Below are positions 9,700-16,817 of a stretch of DNA of 35,680 nucleotides, in pieces. The stretch's first letter is position 1, and the number at the start of each line of letters is the position of its first letter. Made by a program: the position numbers and the translations under genes. Origin of the DNA: Erysipelotrichaceae bacterium (GTDB lineage: Bacteria > Bacillota_I > Bacilli_A > RFN20 > CAG-826); the NCBI GenBank assembly GCA_012729405.1, contig JAAYDH010000055.1:1-35680 (forward strand). Direction: 5' to 3'. The notes beneath the pieces were generated by a model. It was not told the DNA's origin and searched no databases. It was given only the letters and a program-made list of their open reading frames with translations.

Positions 9700-11051
9700 T
9701 GGCTTTTGAATCCTTAACTGATAAACTGACCAGTATCTTTAAGAAGATACGCGGTCAAGCTCGTCTCACCGAAAGCAATATGGATGATATGCTCAAACAA
9801 ATCCGAATTGCTCTTTTAGAAGCCGATGTCAATTACAAAGTCGTCAAAGAATTTACATCAAGCATCCGCGAAAAAGCGATTGGTCAGCAAGTCCTTTTGA
9901 AACTCAACCCCGGACAAATGCTCGTCGGTATCGTTCATGAAGAATTAACCCAATTACTTGGTAGTGAAGATAGCGAAATCAATTATCAAACAACAAGACC
10001 CACTGTCATTATGATGGTTGGCTTACAAGGTTCTGGTAAAACGACTACGACTGGAAAACTTGCTTATTTGATGAAAAATAAGCTTCGTAAGAAAGTATTG
10101 CTCGCGGCCGGCGACGTTTATCGTCCAGCCGCTATTGATCAACTTGAACAGTTAGCTAAAACTGTCGGGGTCGATATTCTTTCTCGCGGAACAAGTGTTT
10201 CGCCGGTCAAAATTGCTATTGAAGCCAAGCAAAAGGCTTTTGATGAGCATTATGACGTTCTGATTATTGATACGGCCGGCCGATTGCAAATTGATGAGCA
10301 ATTAATGAACGAACTTTCGGATATCAAAAAAGAAGTCGTTCCGGACGAAATTTTACTATTAGTCGATGCGATGGCTGGTCAAGACGCGGTCAACGTAGCT
10401 GATTCTTTTAATCAAAAACTAGGTCTCACCGGAGTTGTGATGAGTAAACTTGATGGTGATGCACGCGGTGGTGCTGCCTTGTCGATTAAACATATGACAG
10501 GTGTGCCTATCAAATTTAGCGGTGTGGGTGAAAAGCTGACCGATCTTGATGTTTTTCATCCTGATCGTATGGCGGATCGCATCCTTGGCATGGGCGATGT
10601 TCTTACTCTTGTTGAGAAAGCTAAAGAAGAGATTGATGAAAAAGAAGCGCGTAAAGCAGCGAACAAAATGTTCTCGGGTTCCTTTGGACTTGATGACATG
10701 CTTTCCCAACTTAAACAGGTACAAAAATTGGGCTCCCTAGGTGGTCTGCTGAAACTCATTCCTGGTATGCCAAAAATATCTTCCGAGCAACAAGCAGCGG
10801 GTGAAAGAGAAATGAGAAATTTCGAGGTTATTATCAATTCAATGACTCCAGAGGAGAGACAACATCCAGATATATTAAAATATTCTCGTAAAATTAGAAT
10901 CGCAAATGGTTGCGGAAAAAGTGTCGCTGACTTGAATCGTATGCTCAAAAAATATGAGACGATGAAAGAAACAATGAAAAAGATGGACGCCTTCCGCAAG
11001 AGTGGAAAAATGCCACCTGGTGGATTAGGTGGCATGGGTTTTCCGCTCTAA
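9699..11051 (+). CDS. ffh: Signal recognition particle protein Ffh
   Basis: GLQGSGKTTTTGKLA, DTAGR, SKLDGDARGG. Met-rich M domain and a C-terminal GGMGFPL tail. Confidence 0.96.
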   Translation: MAFESLTDKLTSIFKKIRGQARLTESNMDDMLKQIRIALLEADVNYKVVKEFTSSIREKAIGQQVLLKLNPGQMLVGIVHEELTQLLGSEDSEINYQTTRPTVIMMVGLQGSGKTTTTGKLAYLMKNKLRKKVLLAAGDVYRPAAIDQLEQLAKTVGVDILSRGTSVSPVKIAIEAKQKAFDEHYDVLIIDTAGRLQIDEQLMNELSDIKKEVVPDEILLLVDAMAGQDAVNVADSFNQKLGLTGVVMSKLDGDARGGAALSIKHMTGVPIKFSGVGEKLTDLDVFHPDRMADRILGMGDVLTLVEKAKEEIDEKEARKAANKMFSGSFGLDDMLSQLKQVQKLGSLGGLLKLIPGMPKISSEQQAAGEREMRNFEVIINSMTPEERQHPDILKYSRKIRIANGCGKSVADLNRMLKKYETMKETMKKMDAFRKSGKMPPGGLGGMGFPL

Positions 11052-11066
11052 CGATATTAACCTATA

Positions 11067-11831
11067 TTATTTAATAAACTTGTGTCCCTTCTCAATCGCT
11101 TCTTCCTCCCATTTCGGAGTGTCTTGTTCGTTGAGAAGTTGTTTATCCAATTTAGTTAACTCAAAATTTTCAAATAAATCGGGTCGGAATTTTTTAGTGA
11201 GCAATAAACTCTGTTTTCTACGCCATTTGGATATGGCTTGATGATTCCCTGAGTAGAGAATATCGGGAATTTTTAAGCCCTCAAAATTATAAGGTTCAGT
11301 GTATTGGGGATATTCCAATAAGCCGTTTTCAAATGATTCTTCAGCAATTGACTCACTCGCGATAACTCCATCTAGCAAGCGAATAATTGCATCGCTTAGA
11401 GCCATCGCCCCAATTTCCCCGCCGGTAAGAATGAAATCGCCAATCGAAATTAGCTCATCGATATAGTAGTTAATTCTTTCATCGATTCCTTCATAATGAC
11501 CACAAATAATAACTAAGTCCTCAATCTTTTCTGAAAAATAACGGACTTTTGACTGATTTAAGGCTTTTCCCCGTGGTGATAATAAGACAACATGACTTTT
11601 GGCTTTCTGGACACTTTTTAAACAGTCGAGAATTGGTTGACACTTCATAATCAAACCCGCCCCACCTCCGACTGGAGCGCTATCAACACGCCCATATTTG
11701 TCGCTTGTAAATGTGCGAATATCAACAATCTTCACTTCAACAGCGTCTTTCGCGATCGCTCTTTTAATGATGGAATTAGTCAAAAAACCATCAAACATTT
11801 GAGGGAACAAAGTTAAAATCGTAATTCTCAT
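11067..11831 (-). CDS. trmD: tRNA (guanine37-N1)-methyltransferase TrmD
   Basis: MRITILTLFPQMF..., GGGAGLIMK, ICGHYEGIDERI. Its ATG overlaps the rimM TGA (ATGA). Confidence 0.95.
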   Translation of the reverse strand: MRITILTLFPQMFDGFLTNSIIKRAIAKDAVEVKIVDIRTFTSDKYGRVDSAPVGGGAGLIMKCQPILDCLKSVQKAKSHVVLLSPRGKALNQSKVRYFSEKIEDLVIICGHYEGIDERINYYIDELISIGDFILTGGEIGAMALSDAIIRLLDGVIASESIAEESFENGLLEYPQYTEPYNFEGLKIPDILYSGNHQAISKWRRKQSLLLTKKFRPDLFENFELTKLDKQLLNEQDTPKWEEEAIEKGHKFIK

Positions 11832-12337
11832 AACATTCCCTCCATGACTCGAATATTAATCTTCTTATTTGAGATATCTACTTCTAGAATAAATTCTTTT
11901 AAAAAAGGAATAAAGAAATCGGCTTTTCCCTGTCTTTTTACTCTCAATGTAATTTGAGCGGGAAATTCTTCCACTTGAGAAACAACCCCAAGAATATTGC
12001 CTTGTTCCTCGATAATCTGACAACCTACTAAATCACTAAAATAGTAATGTCCTTTTTCGAGTTCCTCTCTATTTTTAATTACTTTCAGCGTGCCACCTTT
12101 TAGTTCGTCAGCTTGCTCTTTGGTTTCAATTTCCTGAAATTTTACAAAATCAAAATCTCCACTTGAGCGGTAAGAAATGACGGTTAATTTGGATATTACA
12201 GCCGTTTTTGGGTTTTGCAAAAAAACATTCTTCCCCGTTTGGTAGCGAAGTTCGGGATGGTTGGTCATGGACTTAACTTTAAGAGTGCCGTCCAACGAGA
12301 AACTTCCAGTAATGTACCCTAAATCTAAATATTCCAT
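11828..12337 (-). CDS. rimM: 16S rRNA processing protein RimM
   Basis: 169 aa with an N-terminal G..G..G.LKVKS pattern and a C-terminal PRC-barrel-like region. Canonical neighbour of trmD. Confidence 0.9.
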   Translation of the reverse strand: MEYLDLGYITGSFSLDGTLKVKSMTNHPELRYQTGKNVFLQNPKTAVISKLTVISYRSSGDFDFVKFQEIETKEQADELKGGTLKVIKNREELEKGHYYFSDLVGCQIIEEQGNILGVVSQVEEFPAQITLRVKRQGKADFFIPFLKEFILEVDISNKKINIRVMEGML

Positions 12338-12342
12338 AAATA

Positions 12343-12369
12343 ATTCAAAAAAGAGGATTAATCCTCTTT
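12343..12369 (-). terminator. Terminator/attenuator-like hairpin between khpA and rimM
   Basis: Perfect 20-nt palindrome AAAGAGGATT|AATCCTCTTT (12350-12369) spanning the khpA stop codon. On the transcribed (minus) strand it is followed by TTTTG. Confidence 0.45.
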
Positions 12370-12621
12370 CTCTTCCACGAAAGATTCAAATTTGATATGA
12401 ACCCTTTTGTTCTCAACTTTACCAGCGACAGAAATCACTTCGCGAATAGCGTTAGCGATATTTCCGTGCCTACCGATTAAGCGAGCGATATCATCTTTCG
12501 CAGTAGCGATTATAACGGATAATTCTTTTCCGTCGTCAGATTCGTTTGTCTTAATGAAAATCAAATCAGGTTCTTCGACGAGCGGATCAATTATCGCGTG
12601 AATAGCTTTTTCGTAGTTCAT
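12358..12621 (-). CDS. khpA: KH-domain RNA-binding protein KhpA (YlqC family)
   Basis: 87 aa with the KH GXXG motif in ARLIGRHGNIANAIR. Canonical position between rpsP and rimM. Confidence 0.88.
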   Translation of the reverse strand: MNYEKAIHAIIDPLVEEPDLIFIKTNESDDGKELSVIIATAKDDIARLIGRHGNIANAIREVISVAGKVENKRVHIKFESFVEEKED

Positions 12622-12905
12622 TATTTGACTTTCTTTCCGACTTTTTTGCTTTCTGCGTGTTTCGCAATCAAGCCTTTACTGGCGAGCATTGAGCGAACGG
12701 AATCAGACGGGGTCGCACCTTGGGATAACCACTTGAGAGCTTTTTCTTCATCAATCACAACGTTTTCAATTCCTTTTGAAGGATCGAAGTAACCAATTTG
12801 CTCAATAATTCTTCCATCAGCTGCATAGCGGCTATCCGCTGCAACGATACGGAAGAAAGGATCTTTGTGGCGACCAATTCTTGTTAATCTAATCTTAACT
12901 GCCAT
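12621..12905 (-). CDS. rpsP: 30S ribosomal protein S16
   Basis: MAVKIRLTRIGRHKDPFFRIVAADSR... AAGGAGG lies 8 nt upstream of ATG 12905, so the TTG at 12911 is rejected. Confidence 0.96.
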   Translation of the reverse strand: MAVKIRLTRIGRHKDPFFRIVAADSRYAADGRIIEQIGYFDPSKGIENVVIDEEKALKWLSQGATPSDSVRSMLASKGLIAKHAESKKVGKKVK

Positions 12906-12932
12906 AAACAATTCCTCCTTATGTCCGAATGT

Positions 12933-12961
12933 ATATTAAGCTGAACGATTTAATGTGTCAA
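12933..12961 (-). promoter_or_regulatory. Consensus sigma-70 promoter for rpsP-khpA-rimM-trmD (minus strand)
   Basis: Read on the minus strand: -35 TTGACA (12961-12956), 17-nt spacer, -10 TAATAT (12938-12933). AT-rich UP-like sequence lies upstream. Confidence 0.65.
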
Positions 12962-13012
12962 GTAATTTTGCTTTACACAGCTCTTTTTCCTTATATAAAT
13001 ATAAAATTGCTA

Positions 13013-13041
13013 TTGAATTACGGTTTACCGGTTGTTAATAT
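13013..13041 (+). promoter_or_regulatory. Sigma-70 promoter for rplS (divergent from the rpsP promoter)
   Basis: -35 TTGAAT (13013-13018), 17-nt spacer, -10 TAATAT (13036-13041). Leaves a ~90-nt 5' leader. Confidence 0.6.
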
Positions 13042-13139
13042 TATTAAGCATGTTTAGCGACATGATACGGGTGCTCCGCTGTCGAAATCGAGAATGAACA
13101 CCAAGAGAACATTTATGTTATAGGAGGCGTTGTTAGACT

Positions 13140-13487
13140 ATGAACACAAATTTAGTCAATGAAATCACTGCTTCACAATTGAGAGATGACTTACCAGTAT
13201 TCTCCTCTGGTGACACGGTTAAAGTGTCTGTCAGAATTATTGAAGGCAATAAGTCTCGTATCCAAAACTTCGAAGGTGTTGTTATCAGCCGTCGTGGTGG
13301 TGGAATCAGTGAAACGTTTACCGTTCGAAAGATGTCAAGTGGCATCGGAGTGGAAAGAACTTTCCCTCTTCATTCTCCTTCCATTGCAGCAGTTGCTGTG
13401 ATTCGCAAAGGCAAAGTCAGAAGAAACAAAATCACTTACATTCGCAAACTTTCAGGTAAATCAGCTCGTATTAAAGAAATTCTCTAA
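13140..13487 (+). CDS. rplS: 50S ribosomal protein L19
   Basis: [41 protein letters not shown]...[17 protein letters not shown] lies upstream. Confidence 0.96.
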   Translation: MNTNLVNEITASQLRDDLPVFSSGDTVKVSVRIIEGNKSRIQNFEGVVISRRGGGISETFTVRKMSSGIGVERTFPLHSPSIAAVAVIRKGKVRRNKITYIRKLSGKSARIKEIL

Positions 13488-13500
13488 TTCCGAGCAAATT

Positions 13501-13526
13501 AAGGATTCTCAACGAATCCTTTTTTA
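13501..13526 (+). terminator. Rho-independent terminator after rplS
   Basis: Stem AAGGATTC / GAATCCTT with loop TCAAC, followed by TTTTATT. Confidence 0.75.
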
Positions 13527-13555
13527 TTGATTCGAGTAGTTATAGTTTCTATAAT
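13527..13555 (+). promoter_or_regulatory. Sigma-70 promoter placed for a leaderless or near-leaderless lepB transcript
   Basis: -35 TTGATT (13527-13532), 17-nt spacer, -10 TATAAT (13550-13555). Only 7 nt separate the -10 from ATG 13563, and there is no Shine-Dalgarno sequence. Confidence 0.5.
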
Positions 13556-13562
13556 AAGAATT

Positions 13563-14420
13563 ATGCAAAACACCACAAAGAAGAAGAGAATAGGCAGCAT
13601 TGCATGGGCCGCTATTTATTTGGTGCTTGTGGGCATTTTTGCGTGTAGCGCAACTCTAATTTTTCATTCGACCTATTTCAGTTCAATTTATGTATCAGGC
13701 ACTTCGATGAGCCCGACCTTGCTTGGCGGAGAAGGAACTGATAAAGCAAATTTTGGGATTATTGATACTACTGATTGGGCAAGGAAAAACATCAAAAGAT
13801 TTGATATTGTGACGACATATTTTCCTTGGGATAGCAATGATTATTCGGAAGAGAGTCGCAATAACAATGATTACTCCGAAGCAGACGGCCCTGATCCTAC
13901 ATACAAAATTAAAAGAGTTATCGCGTTTGGTGGAGAAACAATTTTTTACTTTACTAGCAATAATCAAAGCAACTCTTTTCCTCTTGGATTAATTGATCAC
14001 ATCATAATTTTAGAATCTAGAGACGATGACGGAGATGGTCACGACGATGGAACGGGTTCTATTAAAGCAATTTTTGGAGACGAAGCAAAAACAGTCATTG
14101 TTAACGAAATTTCTTACAAGGTGAAAAAGCTTCCTTTCAATCGCGCTATCAGCAAAGACCCGATGCGACCAAATCCTGAATCAAAATATGGTCGCTCTTC
14201 AATTGAACCATTCGCGGTTCCTAAGGGCAGCTATTTTGTGATGGGTGACAACTGGTCAAGTCAAGGCCGCAGCGTTGACTCAGGATATAAAGAAACGCCA
14301 ATTTTCTTTGACAATATCGTTGGTGTTCTTGTCGCTATTGAAGGAACGTGTCGAATCACCTTTGATGGTGGAATTAATAAATGTGTCGACCGCCATTATT
14401 CCTGGCCGGTTTTCTATTAA
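13563..14420 (+). CDS. lepB: Signal peptidase I (S26 family, LepB/SipS-like) with large insertions
   Basis: Basic N-terminus plus a TM helix. Catalytic Ser box SGTSMSPTL, Lys box KIKRVIAFGGETI, box E GDNWSSQGRSVDSG. About 285 aa, longer than typical Bacillus-type signal peptidases. Confidence 0.88.
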   Translation: MQNTTKKKRIGSIAWAAIYLVLVGIFACSATLIFHSTYFSSIYVSGTSMSPTLLGGEGTDKANFGIIDTTDWARKNIKRFDIVTTYFPWDSNDYSEESRNNNDYSEADGPDPTYKIKRVIAFGGETIFYFTSNNQSNSFPLGLIDHIIILESRDDDGDGHDDGTGSIKAIFGDEAKTVIVNEISYKVKKLPFNRAISKDPMRPNPESKYGRSSIEPFAVPKGSYFVMGDNWSSQGRSVDSGYKETPIFFDNIVGVLVAIEGTCRITFDGGINKCVDRHYSWPVFY

Positions 14421-14429
14421 GGCAAGTTT

Positions 14430-15287
14430 ATGGCATCACAAGTACATTGGTTCCCTGGTCATATGAAAAAGGCTCTCAAGGAGATTGAGGATCGTTTAAA
14501 AGTTATCGATGTTGTCATTGAATTAATCGATGCTCGCGCTCCGATTTCTTCTATCAATCCTCAACTTGAGAAAACGATAAAAAATAAAAAAAGAATTTTG
14601 GTTTTAACTAAAATTGATTTAGCCGATCCTCTAAGAACTGAATTCTGGGTTACTTATCTTAAGACACAATATGATGTTGTACTTGCTCTAGACATCACAC
14701 AGCAATCATCAATAAAAGTAATTGAAAAAGCAATTACTGCCCTTGGACAAGCCAAAAGGGAAAAAGAAAAATCTAAGGGAATGAAGCCTCAACCTATTCG
14801 AACGATGATTATCGGAGTTCCTAATGTTGGGAAATCTTCTTTAATCAACCGTCTGGCTCGTCGCAAGGCCGCTGGCGTCCAAAATAAACCCGGATTCACC
14901 CGGGGCGAGCAGTGGATTAAAGTCAGCGATTCGTTTTTGTTGTTAGACACTCCCGGTATCTTGCCGATGAATTATGATGAGCAAAAAAAAGCGACTCATC
15001 TCGCTTTGGTTGGTTCGGTAAAAGAAGACATCTTACCAAACCACATTTTAGTTAATTATTTATCAATTTTTCTTAAACATAATTATTCAACAGCACTCCA
15101 AAAACGCTTCAATATTTACCCGATTGGTGAAATTGAGTCTGTTTTGCAGCAAATTTGTCAACAAAGATCCCTCGTTGATTACACTGGAGGGCCAGATCTC
15201 ACAAGAGCTGAGATTCTCCTCTTAAAAGAATTTAAAGACGGGTTATTGGGGCGCATTACTTTAGATATCGAAAAAGATGCCACTTGA
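14430..15287 (+). CDS. rbgA: Ribosome biogenesis GTPase A (RbgA/YlqF)
   Basis: Circularly permuted GTPase: HWFPGHMKKA, DARAP, NVGKSSLINRL, DTPGIL. Ends in TGA (15285-15287), overlapping rnhB. Confidence 0.94.
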   Translation: MASQVHWFPGHMKKALKEIEDRLKVIDVVIELIDARAPISSINPQLEKTIKNKKRILVLTKIDLADPLRTEFWVTYLKTQYDVVLALDITQQSSIKVIEKAITALGQAKREKEKSKGMKPQPIRTMIIGVPNVGKSSLINRLARRKAAGVQNKPGFTRGEQWIKVSDSFLLLDTPGILPMNYDEQKKATHLALVGSVKEDILPNHILVNYLSIFLKHNYSTALQKRFNIYPIGEIESVLQQICQQRSLVDYTGGPDLTRAEILLLKEFKDGLLGRITLDIEKDAT

Positions 15288-15900
15288 TTTTGAAAAAACT
15301 TTATACGATCAAAAAGTCCGCTTAATCGTCGGATGTGATGAAGCAGGAAGAGGCTGTCTACTCGGCCCTGTTTTTGCCGGAGCAGTAATACTTCCGATGT
15401 CATTTAGTTCCCCCTTGATCAACGACTCCAAAAAGTTGAACGCCAAGCAGAGGGAAGAAGCTTTTGACTTAATTATGAAAGAGGCAATTGCGTTTGGAGT
15501 CGGCTCCTGCACCCCCGAAGAAATTGACGATATGAATGTTTTGAATGCCTCTCGAGTAGCGATGGAAAGAGCACTTGAGAATATGAATCATCCTTATGAT
15601 TTGATTATCACTGATTTCATGAAGATACCAAAGGCAAAAAGGCCGGTTATTAGCCTCGTTCATGGTGACGCCAAGAGTTTATGCGTAGCTGCAGCTTCTA
15701 TCATTGCAAAGGTATCGCGCGATCGTTTTTGCGATGATTTAGATAAGAAGCATCCCCAGTATCATATTGCTCAAAATAAAGGGTATGGGACATCGAGCCA
15801 TCTTGAAGCCTTGAAAAAGTTTGGGCCAGTCAAAGGGTTGCACCGCTTCTCCTATCAACCCGTCAAATCTTGTTTGATTAAGAAAGTTACATTATTTTAA
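15277..15900 (+). CDS. rnhB: Ribonuclease HII
   Basis: GCDEAGRGCLLGPVFAGAV, DSKKL, and the C-terminal GYGTSSHLEAL pattern. Confidence 0.94.
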   Translation: MPLDFEKTLYDQKVRLIVGCDEAGRGCLLGPVFAGAVILPMSFSSPLINDSKKLNAKQREEAFDLIMKEAIAFGVGSCTPEEIDDMNVLNASRVAMERALENMNHPYDLIITDFMKIPKAKRPVISLVHGDAKSLCVAAASIIAKVSRDRFCDDLDKKHPQYHIAQNKGYGTSSHLEALKKFGPVKGLHRFSYQPVKSCLIKKVTLF

Positions 15901-15918
15901 GACTAAATCTCAAAAAAC

Positions 15919-15944
15919 ATCTCCTAGATATTAGGAGGTTTTTT
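15919..15944 (+). terminator. Terminator-like hairpin after rnhB whose 3' arm contains the dprA Shine-Dalgarno sequence
   Basis: 8-bp stem pairing 15919-15926 with 15932-15939 (ATCTCCTA / TAGGAGGT, one G-U pair), 5-nt loop, then a T-run to 15944. The AGGAGG at 15933-15938 lies inside the stem, and the dprA ATG is at 15945. Confidence 0.55.
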
Positions 15945-16712
15945 ATGAAAGGAAGAGATTTATTAATATATTTAGCGATTAAGTATCGAGGTGTTTGGAA
16001 CGACATTTATTCCGCAATATCTAAAAAAGAATCGGTTGATTCTTCAAATGTTGAAAAGTTGGTGTCTTCATTAAAATGTCAAACTCTCACCATTTTAGAT
16101 GAGAATTATCCAGAAAGTTTCAAGACTATTTATCACCCTCCTTTTGTCCTCTTTTACTATGGAAATATTGATTTACTTTCCGATTATAAGAAAAACGTTG
16201 CTGTTATTGGCTCTCGCGAATATAGCGATTACGGGAAAGCAATGACCGAGAAGATTGTTAGAGAAATTGCTGACAAAGTAATCATAGTTTCCGGTCTCGC
16301 AAAGGGGATTGATTCGATTAGCCATCGACAATGTTTGGCATATAAAGGGCAAGCGGTGGCGATATTAGGTAGTGGAATTGATAACTGCTATCCCAAGGAA
16401 AATCGCGACTTGTATGAAGAAATTAAGAAGAATCACCTGCTAATTAGTGAATACCCAGGCGACAGCGATGCAAGAAAAGAAAACTTCCCTGAACGAAATC
16501 GTTTAATTGCCGCATCTAGCAATGCAGTAGTGGTTACCGAGGCAAAAGCCAAAAGCGGAACAATCATTACGGTTGGTCACATGCTTGATTTAGGAAGAGA
16601 GGTTCTTTGTGTGCCTCATCGAGCAGACGAGGGAAGCCAGTGCAATCGCCTCATTGCGGGAGGAGCTACACTGGTCGAAAATGGCGAGGATGTTCTTTTT
16701 GCGATACGTTAA
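15945..16712 (+). CDS. dprA: DNA processing protein DprA (Smf)
   Basis: Rossmann-fold DprA motifs GSREYSDYG, SGLAKGIDSISH, LGSGIDNCYPKEN, ISEYP, FPERNRLIAA. 255 aa, at the short end for the family. Confidence 0.9.
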   Translation: MKGRDLLIYLAIKYRGVWNDIYSAISKKESVDSSNVEKLVSSLKCQTLTILDENYPESFKTIYHPPFVLFYYGNIDLLSDYKKNVAVIGSREYSDYGKAMTEKIVREIADKVIIVSGLAKGIDSISHRQCLAYKGQAVAILGSGIDNCYPKENRDLYEEIKKNHLLISEYPGDSDARKENFPERNRLIAASSNAVVVTEAKAKSGTIITVGHMLDLGREVLCVPHRADEGSQCNRLIAGGATLVENGEDVLFAIR

Positions 16713-16768
16713 AAAAATAGAGGAAAATTTCTATATCTTTATTAATAAGGATATAAGGAACATATGGG

Positions 16769-16797
16769 TTGACATTGCGTCTTTTAATTACTAATAT
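16769..16797 (+). promoter_or_regulatory. Consensus sigma-70 promoter for topA
   Basis: -35 TTGACA (16769-16774), 17-nt spacer, -10 TAATAT (16792-16797). Confidence 0.6.
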
Positions 16798-16817
16798 TTT
16801 GTTTCGTTAGGATATTT

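Noticed and set aside
11040-13060. Inverted repeats or IS remnants at the two breakpoints of the rpsP-trmD inversion.
   Set aside because: Only short AT-rich similarities (for example GGTTAATAT versus GGTTGTTAATAT) were seen, which are compatible with chance. There is no transposase fragment, so no mechanism is claimed.
14983-14990. Homopolymeric A tracts in rbgA (8 A at 14983-14990, and 7 A near 14587-14593) as phase-variation switches.
   Set aside because: The tracts are short, lie in an essential housekeeping gene, and encode ordinary Lys-rich segments. Nothing suggests contingency-locus behaviour.
15285-15287. The idea that the whole genome uses translation table 4 (TGA = Trp), prompted by the in-frame TGA at 35357.
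   Set aside because: TGA behaves as a true stop elsewhere. Reading through the rbgA TGA (15285-15287) would add a long nonsensical tail overlapping rnhB. plsX, rimM, uppS and cdsA also end in TGA at natural, often ATGA-overlapped, gene ends. Every Trp I checked in the conserved proteins is TGG, and polC has 1480 codons with no TGA.
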